Of a stretch of DNA of 64,000 nucleotides, positions 56,829 to 64,000 are shown in pieces; position 1 is the first letter of the stretch; each line of letters begins with the position of its first letter. The position numbers and the translations under genes were made by a program. The stretch comes from Candidatus Krumholzibacteriia bacterium (GTDB lineage Bacteria > Krumholzibacteriota > Krumholzibacteriia > Krumholzibacteriales > Krumholzibacteriaceae), in the NCBI GenBank assembly GCA_963836185.1, contig CAWIIQ010000001.1, positions 1,632,001 through 1,696,000 of the forward strand, in the 5' to 3' direction. A model generated the notes under the pieces. That model saw nothing but the letters and a program-made list of their open reading frames with translations. It did no database searches and was not told where the DNA came from.

Positions 56829-57649
56829 CCGGAAGGCACCCGGACGACGATATCCAGAGACAGTACTTTAATGATATCAGCAGATATCCCGTACTGACTG
56901 CTGAGGAGGAGAAGGACCTTGCCAGAAAGTCACGTGACGGGGACGAAGCAGCCAGGAAGAAGCTGATCGTAAGCAACCTCAAGCTCGTTATAACCATCGC
57001 GAAATCTTACGCATCCTACGGAGTGCCGTTCCTTGATCTGATCGAGGAAGGCAACCTGGGCCTTATAAAGGCGGTAAGCAGGTTCGATCCGGAAAAGGGA
57101 TTCCGCTTCAGCACATATTCATCGTGGTGGATAAGACAGGCGATCGTCAGGGCCATATCGAATTACTCGAGGACGATAAGGATCCCTATACATGTCTTTC
57201 AGCTCATGTCGAAGTATGTGGGGATTGAAAAATCGACAAAACACGGCACTTCCGAAGAAAAGGCGTCCGCCCTCGGTATATCAAAAAAGAGGTACAAGAC
57301 ACTCGAGCAGCTTGTCCGAAATATCCGGGCCCTCGACCTGTCAAGCTCGATAGATTCATATAGTCAGCTCGCTACAAACATGGAGGCGATCGACCCCTCC
57401 GATCCGGAAAAAATCGTACTCAGCCAGATCGAGCACGAGGAACTGTCGGCGCTGCTCGACCGCTTGTCCGAGAGGGAAAAATTTATAATCAAGGTGAGAT
57501 ATGGATTCGAGGACGGCATACCCAGAACTCTGGCCGAGACCGGAAAACTCATACACGTATCGAGGGAAAGGGTGAGGCAGCTCGAGATGCGCGCTCTGAA
57601 AAAACTGAAATTCCTCGTGGACCCTGAAAAGACAGGCACAAAAGAATAA
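56825..57649 (+). CDS. Sigma-70 family group 2 sigma factor, RpoS-like
   Basis: Regions 1.2, 2 (DLIEEGNLGL, GFRFSTY, WWIRQ) and 4 (SRERVRQLE); lacks region 1.1. Confidence 0.88.
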   Translation: MTGRHPDDDIQRQYFNDISRYPVLTAEEEKDLARKSRDGDEAARKKLIVSNLKLVITIAKSYASYGVPFLDLIEEGNLGLIKAVSRFDPEKGFRFSTYSSWWIRQAIVRAISNYSRTIRIPIHVFQLMSKYVGIEKSTKHGTSEEKASALGISKKRYKTLEQLVRNIRALDLSSSIDSYSQLATNMEAIDPSDPEKIVLSQIEHEELSALLDRLSEREKFIIKVRYGFEDGIPRTLAETGKLIHVSRERVRQLEMRALKKLKFLVDPEKTGTKE

Positions 57650-57659
57650 AGGAGTGAGG

Positions 57660-58178
57660 ATGGAGCAGGATATCAGCAGATGGATCAGGGACATCCCGGA
57701 TTTCCCCGAAAAAGGAATACTGTTCAGGGACATTACACCGGCGCTTCTTGATCCGGTACCCTTTAAAAGCATCTGCGACACCCTGACTGCCCGATATCAG
57801 GGAAAGAATATAGACAAGATCGCCGGGATAGAGGCGAGAGGCTTCTTCTTCGCATCGGTACTGGCTTACAATCTCGGGATCGGTATGATACCACTGCGCA
57901 AACCGGGGAAGCTTCCCTGGAAGACGATCTCGAGAAGCTACAGCCTCGAGTACGGCGAAGCGACGGTTGAGATGCATGAAGATGCTGTTTCTAAGGGAGA
58001 ACGGATACTCCTGGTAGACGATCTTCTCGCCACAGGCGGCACTGCCGCCGCCGCTGCCTCACTGATAGAGAGCAGGGGGGGAGTCATCGAGGAGATCGCC
58101 TTCGTAATCGAGCTGTCCGATCTCGGAGGAAGGGAAAAGTTGGGGGAGAGGCCGGTATTTTCCCTGCTCACATACTGA
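57660..58178 (+). CDS. apt: Adenine phosphoribosyltransferase
   Basis: IPDFPEKGILFRDIT, EARGF, RKPGKLP, YSLEYG, VDDLLATGGT. Confidence 0.97.
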   Translation: MEQDISRWIRDIPDFPEKGILFRDITPALLDPVPFKSICDTLTARYQGKNIDKIAGIEARGFFFASVLAYNLGIGMIPLRKPGKLPWKTISRSYSLEYGEATVEMHEDAVSKGERILLVDDLLATGGTAAAAASLIESRGGVIEEIAFVIELSDLGGREKLGERPVFSLLTY

Positions 58179-58243
58179 TGAGATCGAACAAAGCGTTTGC
58201 CTTTCGAGTCACTTATACATAATATACCCCTTGAGAATAATCC

Positions 58244-58320
58244 GCCCCCGTAGCTCAGGCGGATAGAGCACCGGTTTCCTAAACCGGGTGTCGCATGTTC
58301 GAGTCATGCCGGGGGCGCCA
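58244..58320 (+). tRNA. tRNA-Arg (CCT)
   Basis: GCCCCCG/CGGGGGC acceptor stem, ccggt-ttCCTaa-accgg, encoded CCA. Confidence 0.95.
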
Positions 58321-58325
58321 TCGCC

Positions 58326-58362
58326 AGAGGGGAGTGGGCTATTCACTCCCCCTCTTCTTTTT
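58326..58362 (+). terminator. Intrinsic terminator after tRNA-Arg
   Basis: agaggggagtg / cactcccctct stem followed by tcttttt. Confidence 0.85.
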
Positions 58363-58630
58363 AAACTCATCATCCCACCCTTTCTACTTACACCCGATAA
58401 TTGCATTATACCGGACAAGCCGCAGAATTACACAGTCATCACATTCTATATTGCATGGCATATTGCATATATCCATCCACCATCCGGCAATATTCTACCC
58501 GGTCCAGGGTAGGGGTGAAGTGGTACGAGATGACGACGCGATATTCTCTATAGGCACTATCTCATACATTTGCAAGGGATTAGCGGGTAGAAAGCTTTCC
58601 AGTGATTTCTCATCATATCTTTTCATCGAA

Positions 58631-58646
58631 AGGCACGAGGTATGCA
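58631..58646 (+). promoter_or_regulatory. Candidate sigma54 -24/-12 promoter upstream of the micropeptide ORF
   Basis: AGGCAC-gaggt-ATGCA, GG-N10-GC spacing. Confidence 0.5.
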
Positions 58647-58711
58647 ATTCCACCAGCAGCCGGACTTCCCGGCACCGGGAGACTGAGAAATTTGCCATGG
58701 AGGTGATCACG

Positions 58712-58768
58712 GTGCTGCCGATACTTTCGATTGTTTTAATCATTGATCTGTTCTGGTGGCTTCGCTGA
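58712..58768 (+). CDS. Putative 18-aa hydrophobic micropeptide MLPILSIVLIIDLFWWLR
   Basis: Strong SD GGAGGTGA 5 nt before GTG; single TM-like sequence; flanked by a promoter motif and a terminator (alternative in-frame ATG at 58697). Confidence 0.5.
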   Translation: MLPILSIVLIIDLFWWLR

Positions 58769-58789
58769 AAATACTCTCGCTCCTGAAAG

Positions 58790-58838
58790 GTAAAACGTTC
58801 CCGTCGATAGGGGTGTATCGGCGGGAACGTTTACTTTA
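58790..58838. terminator. Strong hairpin terminator after the micropeptide ORF
   Basis: 17-bp stem aaacgttcccgtcgata / tatcggcgggaacgttt (one G-U pair). Confidence 0.75.
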
Positions 58839-58953
58839 TCCTCAAGATATGTTTTGTCATTAAAATATCATAATATAATCCACTTTATAAGATAGTCGGG
58901 TTATCCCACTGTTATCACAACACTTGCAAAATGATAATATTTTGATTTTTTTC

Positions 58954-58981
58954 TTGACATGGCCTTCAGGAAGATTATAAT
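58954..58981 (+). promoter_or_regulatory. Consensus sigma70 promoter with AT-rich UP element
   Basis: TTGACA-16 nt-TATAAT preceded by T-tracts; no downstream + strand gene. Confidence 0.75.
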
Positions 58982-58986
58982 AGGCA

Positions 58987-59160
58987 AAAGTTTGGGGCAA
59001 GCGGACTGCGCGATCGTGATTCATCGGCTCCCAAGCCAATCCTATCAAGCGAAGCGATCTTGCTGCTCAGGCCTCTGTAGAGTTGAAAAGACACGTAACG
59101 CAATGTAGTCCGTCTGGTCCCAATAAAAAATGGAGAGTGGTTCGCCACTCTCCATTTTTC
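58987..59160 (+). ncRNA. Putative structured small RNA (rod-shaped; family unassigned)
   Basis: Lies between a consensus promoter and a terminator; ends pair (TTGGGGC/GTCCCAA, GCGGACTGC/GTAGTCCGT, CGTG/CACG, TCGGCTC/GAGTTGA). Confidence 0.6.
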
Positions 59161-59163
59161 TTT
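59125..59163. terminator. Bidirectional intrinsic terminator
   Basis: aaaaatggagagtgg-TTCG-ccactctccattttt perfect stem with A/T tails, between the ncRNA and the convergent PP2C gene. Confidence 0.9.
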
Positions 59164-59179
59164 GCCTGTCTTGAGGTGC

Positions 59180-61642
59180 CTACTTGACCCTGAGGATCAA
59201 AGCCGTCATATCATCCGTTACACTTCCATCCCCGAAAGCCAGTACATCACGAAACAGCTTATCCATCAGTTCGGTCATCTCGAGTGACCTGTTCGACTTC
59301 AGGAATTCGATGATCCTCTCCTCGCCGAAGTACTTTCCAGCGCTCGTTTCCTGGTCGATAAATCCATCGGTGTACGATATGAGCAGATCTCCGCTCCTGA
59401 GCTTGAGAACACCGTTGATGAAACTGGAATCGGGATCGACACCTACAAGGATCCCGCCGCGCTGAAGTTTTGTCAGACTGCCGTCGCCGCGAAGAACGAT
59501 GGGGGGGAAGGCTCCACCATTGCTGAAACGCAGGATTCCTGTCTCATCGTCGTATATGCCGTAGAAAAAGGTGGCGAACCTGCTCAATTCGCTTCTGTCA
59601 TAGAGCAGCCGGTTAAGAGCGGTCAATACCTCCGCCGGAGATCTGGCCTCTGTTGCTTCCGCTCTGAATCCGGCCTGGAGAGTCGTCATCAACAATGAGG
59701 CGGGAATACCCTTGCCGGAAACGTCAGCCACGGCAAAACCCGTTACACCGGGAGCAAGGTCGAGATAGTCGTAGAAATCTCCTCCGACCTCTCTGCAGGT
59801 CCTCATCGCTCCGAGTATCTCGGCGTTCTTCATGACGGGAGGAGAGGCGGGAAGGAGGCGTTGCTGGATCTCGCTCGCCAGATGGACCTCTTCCTCCAGT
59901 TTCTCTTTCTCCTTTGAGTCCTTGTAGAGCAACTTGTTCCTCACCGCCACGGCGCTCCTCTCTCCGAGAAGCTCCAGTATCTCAGCGTCTATCCTGCCGT
60001 AGGGCTTTCCGGAAAGTTTACGTCCGATGACCGCGAATCCCAGAAGGTCGCCATGCTCTACGAGAGGGACGATCACCGATGGATCCGTAAGCGAAAGGAA
60101 TTCTCTCGAAGTCCTGTCGAGGTTGCTGTTGATCCAGATACGATCGTAGTACTCGACCATCAGTGGCATATTTTTTTCCTGTGCTATGGATATCAATGCG
60201 GTATCTCTGGGAAGAGACGAGAGTGGTACCGCCGTTCCTGCCGGGCAGCATCCGGCCATGACGAAATTCCTGCCGCCGTCGCCGAGAAAGATAAGAGCGT
60301 ATCTGGCATCGAACATGTCGCGGAGTGTGCAGGTCACGAATTCCGTCATCTGATCCAGGGAACCATGAGACTGGATACTCCTCGAAAAGTCAAAGACCTG
60401 TTCCCGGAAGATCTTCCTGTTCGTATTGAACATCCTGTCTATCATCCCCAGCAGGCTTATGCGGGCAGGAACGAATATCGCTATCACCAGGACTACGGCG
60501 AGAAACGCGAGGAAGTAATACCGCGCGTCCAGAAAAGCGGAAAAGCTATCTCCCATGATGCCGCTGCCGAATAAAAGAGCCGCGGCGAGAACCGCCGGCA
60601 CAAGTACGAAGAACAATCCTGCCCTGAACACAAAGCTCATATCGAAGGCATCGTGTTTTAATATAGCGTATGCGAAAGAGGCCGATATAAATGACAAAAA
60701 GAGTACCGCCGCGTGCTCATGGGGTATCTGGACACCCGGCAGAAAGAAACGGGTCACCATGATCAGCAGGAGGGGAAGCACTCCAAGCGTAAGTCCGATC
60801 GCGGCTATCCGGAACTTGACCTTCTGGATACGGTCGGAACTCATGTATGTCCTGACGAAGAAGAATACACTCGCCAGCATGTAGAGGAGCCAGTATATGG
60901 ATGTCACTCCGTTGAGCGCGAGTACGAGCCCCCGTTCGATCCCTGAGGAATACCGCAGCATCGCCATGATGAACAGGGCGAGAAATATGAGGGTAGGGGG
61001 GATATACAGAGTCTTTCTTATGAAATACCTGCGGGAACCGGAAGTTATCTCCTTGCCGGGAAAGATCAGGAAGAAGTGAAGAAAGAAGGCAGGAAAGAAG
61101 ACCATGAGGAAGTCGTAGACAAGTTCACCGGCCAGGTGAAAGAACGGCACCTGAGTTACGGGCCTGATCGTGAACAGAAACGCTATGGTTAGACAGTTTG
61201 CCGTAAAGAGGAACCCGAGTTGATCCGGCCTTCTCAGGATCACAACCAGCCCGAGAAATATGAAAGTGAAAGCTGTCAGGCTGTACGCCAGTCTCCTGTA
61301 GACCCTCTTGGCTGGCTGGGGGATGCTCTTTACGGTCACCTCAAGGACTGAATATCCTCTTGCGACGGTGTAGACCTGGGATTCCAGGTCGGGGGTCGAT
61401 TCAGTGAGAAAGCGGAAATGGTTGATGTTCCGGACAGCTATACCATCGACAGCCGCAATCTCATCGCCCCTTTCCAGGCTCAGGCCTACATTGGGGCTTT
61501 CCTTATCGATCTCGAAGAATACGAGGTTATTATGGCGGATTCCGGTGTAGGGGGTATCCGGCAGCCTCGATATCCCCACGATGTCGAGAACAGTGATCAG
61601 AATAGCGCCGGCGATCAGCCCAAATCTGATGAACCTGATCAC
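59180..61642 (-). CDS. Membrane-bound PP2C/SpoIIE (RsbU-like) phosphatase with PDZ, multi-TM and GAF domains
   Basis: SPN..LERGDEIAAVDG (PDZ), many TM helices, GAF, then VGGDFYD, VADVSGKG, YTDG, DDMT. Confidence 0.88.
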   Translation of the reverse strand: MIRFIRFGLIAGAILITVLDIVGISRLPDTPYTGIRHNNLVFFEIDKESPNVGLSLERGDEIAAVDGIAVRNINHFRFLTESTPDLESQVYTVARGYSVLEVTVKSIPQPAKRVYRRLAYSLTAFTFIFLGLVVILRRPDQLGFLFTANCLTIAFLFTIRPVTQVPFFHLAGELVYDFLMVFFPAFFLHFFLIFPGKEITSGSRRYFIRKTLYIPPTLIFLALFIMAMLRYSSGIERGLVLALNGVTSIYWLLYMLASVFFFVRTYMSSDRIQKVKFRIAAIGLTLGVLPLLLIMVTRFFLPGVQIPHEHAAVLFLSFISASFAYAILKHDAFDMSFVFRAGLFFVLVPAVLAAALLFGSGIMGDSFSAFLDARYYFLAFLAVVLVIAIFVPARISLLGMIDRMFNTNRKIFREQVFDFSRSIQSHGSLDQMTEFVTCTLRDMFDARYALIFLGDGGRNFVMAGCCPAGTAVPLSSLPRDTALISIAQEKNMPLMVEYYDRIWINSNLDRTSREFLSLTDPSVIVPLVEHGDLLGFAVIGRKLSGKPYGRIDAEILELLGERSAVAVRNKLLYKDSKEKEKLEEEVHLASEIQQRLLPASPPVMKNAEILGAMRTCREVGGDFYDYLDLAPGVTGFAVADVSGKGIPASLLMTTLQAGFRAEATEARSPAEVLTALNRLLYDRSELSRFATFFYGIYDDETGILRFSNGGAFPPIVLRGDGSLTKLQRGGILVGVDPDSSFINGVLKLRSGDLLISYTDGFIDQETSAGKYFGEERIIEFLKSNRSLEMTELMDKLFRDVLAFGDGSVTDDMTALILRVK

Positions 61643-61723
61643 ATTTCCCTCCCGGGTCAGGACTGCCTGATGTCAGTCTCGCAGGAGATAGGCCTGATGT
61701 CAAGGATTTCAGAGAGGCAGTAC

Positions 61724-61739
61724 TGGCACAAAGATTGCG
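61724..61739 (+). promoter_or_regulatory. Candidate sigma54 -24/-12 promoter for the TPR membrane-protein gene
   Basis: TGGCAC-aaaga-TTGCG, near-consensus, 60 nt before the start. Confidence 0.6.
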
Positions 61740-61798
61740 TTTTTCCTTGAAATCCGGGCTGATCCGATGTTTATTACAAGTGAAGGAGGTATCTGGAT

Positions 61799-62467
61799 TT
61801 GGCACATAACAGGCTATCGAAACACGACATAAAAGATGACAATTTCGTCACCACGGTTCTGCGTGCAAAGGAATTCATATATACGCACCAGAACGCGTTT
61901 TTCATCGGGCTGGTGGCGGTGATCGTAATCATTGCCGGAACCCTCTGGATGACTAACTCCAGGGAAAAGACTCACGAGTCGGCAAACTCCCAGTTCGCGG
62001 AAGCTCTCGTCTCGTTCAGGAGCGGTGATGTCAAGACAGCTGAAGAGATGTTCAAGATCATCGATGAGAGATTCGGCGGATACGAGGAGGGAGCGTATTC
62101 AGCTTACATGGCTGGAAAATGCGCTCTCGAGGACGGGCGGAATACACACGCGATCGAGCTCTTCGACAGCTATATCCGCAGGTCGGGGAAATATCCCTTC
62201 TTTCACGATGCGGCCCTGGAAGGACTCGCTGTAGCATGGGAAAACGAGCGTGACTACGACAAGGCATCGGATGCGTACCTGCAGCTCGCTGACAACATGA
62301 AAACGAATTCCTTCGTAGAGACGGCCTACCTGAGAAAGGCGGCCGATGCGCTCAAGATGAGCGACAGGAGGGAGCAGGCGATCGAGGTCCTGGAAAGACT
62401 CCAGGAACTTTCAACTGGAATAGAGAAGCGAGACATAGAGATAGAGATCGAGATCCTGCGTGGTTGA
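61799..62467 (+). CDS. YfgM-like membrane-anchored TPR protein
   Basis: RLSKHDIKDDNFVT N-terminus, one TM helix, then TPR helices; AAGGAGG SD. Confidence 0.75.
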   Translation: MAHNRLSKHDIKDDNFVTTVLRAKEFIYTHQNAFFIGLVAVIVIIAGTLWMTNSREKTHESANSQFAEALVSFRSGDVKTAEEMFKIIDERFGGYEEGAYSAYMAGKCALEDGRNTHAIELFDSYIRRSGKYPFFHDAALEGLAVAWENERDYDKASDAYLQLADNMKTNSFVETAYLRKAADALKMSDRREQAIEVLERLQELSTGIEKRDIEIEIEILRG

Positions 62468-62882
62468 TCTCATGGATGATGAACTGATAAAAACCCCACC
62501 TGACGAGAAGGAACAGACGCCTTCTCCGTCGGAGAGATCAAGGTGGATAGCCGCGGTGAGCTATCTCACTTTCTTCTGTTTTTTCTCTCTGTGGCGGTCA
62601 AAGGATGATCCCTTCATCAAGTACCACGCGAGACAGGGATTCCTTCTGCTGCTTGGAGAATGTGTTGTCCTTGTGGCGACATTCATACTGGAGGTGACGA
62701 TAGGAAAACTCAGACTGGTCGGAATGCTCGTTATAGTGATGTTCCGGCTTGCCGCGGGGCTCACGGCACTGACACTGTCTGTGATAGGCTTCGTAAAGGC
62801 GCTGTTCGGGGAGTACTGGCACCTGCCTTTCCTGGGAGATTACAGGGAAAAGGTGCCGGGTCTGCATGTCGAGGAGAACTAG
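62460..62882 (+). CDS. DUF4870-like membrane protein
   Basis: AAVSYL...DPFIKYHARQG...VKALFGEYWHLPFLG pattern; alternative start ATG 62472. Confidence 0.7.
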   Translation: MVDLMDDELIKTPPDEKEQTPSPSERSRWIAAVSYLTFFCFFSLWRSKDDPFIKYHARQGFLLLLGECVVLVATFILEVTIGKLRLVGMLVIVMFRLAAGLTALTLSVIGFVKALFGEYWHLPFLGDYREKVPGLHVEEN

Positions 62883-62988
62883 TTTTTTCTTGACACCCCG
62901 AAAAACCTGCGGTTATTCTGCGGTTGGTTACTAAGAGACTGTTAAAGACCAGAAGGGCATGGAAAGCTGGAAGAAGGAGGATGGAAAG

Positions 62989-63570
62989 ATGAAGAGACTG
63001 ACATTGACTGCACTGCTCCTTATCGTTCTTACTGTCGGAGCGGTAGCTCACGAGGGATCGATAGGACTGTACACGACCCAGGAAGCGACCGATTGTGACG
63101 CGACGTTTACGCCTTTCCTGTCGAGTAATATCTACGTCATGTATTACAAAAGCGATGCGGGACCAGACGGGATCTCAGGCGCACAGTTCAGGGTAGAGAT
63201 ACCTGCCGGGGGATCGGTCGTAGTACAGTCATTTACGCCTCACCCCGACATCAACTTGACGATAGGCGATATAGCCGGGGCCGGGTTATCCGTCACTTAT
63301 TCGGGATGCGCTGGAGCCGGCTCGGATCTTCTCCTGATCGGAACCATGCAGGTATTTCCCATGGCAGCCGGCAGCTACACTTTCAAGGTGCTGGGCTCGA
63401 CAGACATCAATCCCGAGGAACCAGTACTATCGCAGAGGGTCGCGATATGTGATTTCGACAAGACTGTAGTCGGTGTCCTCGGCGGATGGTATTCGACACC
63501 CGACGGGTCATGCAACGTCGGTACAGAGGAAAAGACCTGGGGAGCTATCAAGGAGATGTACAAGGACTAA
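62989..63570 (+). CDS. Secreted hypothetical protein with C-terminal TWGxIKxxY motif
   Basis: AAGGAGG SD, signal peptide MKRLTLTALLLIVLTVGAVA, beta-rich core with Cys residues, ends VGTEEKTWGAIKEMYKD; own TTGACA...TATTCT promoter at 62890-62919. Confidence 0.8.
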   Translation: MKRLTLTALLLIVLTVGAVAHEGSIGLYTTQEATDCDATFTPFLSSNIYVMYYKSDAGPDGISGAQFRVEIPAGGSVVVQSFTPHPDINLTIGDIAGAGLSVTYSGCAGAGSDLLLIGTMQVFPMAAGSYTFKVLGSTDINPEEPVLSQRVAICDFDKTVVGVLGGWYSTPDGSCNVGTEEKTWGAIKEMYKD

Positions 63571-63599
63571 GCTCTCGGGCAGTTACAGAAGAGACCATG

Positions 63600-63632
63600 A
63601 GGGGGCCCGGACAGAATACCGGGCCCTTTATT
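63600..63632. terminator. Hairpin terminator between convergent genes
   Basis: gggcccgg / ccgggccc stem followed by tttatt. Confidence 0.65.
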
Positions 63633-63729
63633 CATACCTCCTGTAACATGACGCATAATATATATTATGTTAACCATTAGATATGCTGATTATCCCGTCC
63701 AGGCTGAAATCCATGTCATTTGCAGGTAG

Positions 63730-64000
63730 TTATACGACTATATTGACAAGGCGCCCGGGAACGACGATCACCTTCCGGATATCCCTGCCATCGATGATAT
63801 TCCCTGATCCTTTCGTCCTCCAGCGCGAGTTTCTCGAGCTCTTCCTTTGAGGCTTCCTTTCAGCTTCGATACGGGAACGGACCTTTCCATTTACCTGTAC
63901 GACGAGCGTATAGACATCGCCCTTCAGCCAGCCCGGATCAGCTTCGGGCAGGTTCTGGAGGAATATCGACCCATTATTGCCGAGACGCTCCCATATTTCC
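63730..64000 (-). CDS. leuS: Leucine--tRNA ligase, 3' end only (not in the ORF track; contains two compensating indels)
   Basis: Manual translation gives EIWERLG...VVQVNGKVR...IRKVIVVPGRLVNIVV*, the canonical LeuRS C-terminus. Confidence 0.9.
   Translation of the reverse strand, partial: EIWERLGNNGSIFLQNLPEADPGWLKGDVYTLVVQVNGKVRSRIEAERKPQRKSSRNSRWRTKGSGNIIDGRDIRKVIVVPGRLVNIVV

Noticed and set aside
58295-58711. 157-aa ORF 58295-58768 and other ORFs overlapping tRNAs (48550-48786, 56150-56536)
   Set aside because: They start inside or run through tRNA genes and terminators; only the SD-supported last 18-23 codons of the first are credible.
58759-59055. ncRNA acting as antitoxin through AGCGAAGC (59048-59055) pairing with GCTTCGCT (58759-58766)
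   Set aside because: Only 8 nt of complementarity, located at the stop codon rather than the SD; compatible with chance. An IntaRNA run plus conservation would be needed.
58321-59179. Genomic island integrated at tRNA-Arg
   Set aside because: AT-richer than the flanks, but no integrase and no duplicated tRNA 3' end found in the window.

Overview
A gene-dense, mostly + strand stretch of core bacterial chromosome. It is probably from an FCB-superphylum diderm such as Krumholzibacteria/Latescibacteria; this is inferred from the Bacteroidota-type SecA insertion, an Ig-like lipoprotein and a secreted protein ending in TWGxIKxxY. It carries secA, smg-topA-trmFO-xerC-hslVU, argF, dapF, a peptidase/propeller/Omp85 protein, yitJ-type methionine synthase, proS, rpsT, uvrC, xerD-scpAB-rluB-hisC-cmk/plsC-ispH-rpsA, mtaB-miaB-lapAB, mutS/mutL-miaA, der-plsY-gpsA, a merR-tRNA-surE-pcm-M23-RpoS-like sigma-apt block, four tRNAs, a membrane PP2C phosphatase and the 3' end of leuS. 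About 11 single-base indels disrupt conserved genes and are most likely long-read assembly errors. I found no CRISPR array, IS element or prophage. The most unusual parts are: (i) the 58.3-59.2 kb intergenic region, holding a candidate sigma54-driven 18-aa hydrophobic micropeptide gene and a separate promoter-to-terminator rod-shaped ncRNA; (ii) an 8-Cys insert in SecA; (iii) a GAF protein with a degenerate GGDEF and intact RxxD, lying between mutS and mutL; (iv) several sigma54 -24/-12 motifs. All calls come from reading the sequence; no searches were run.
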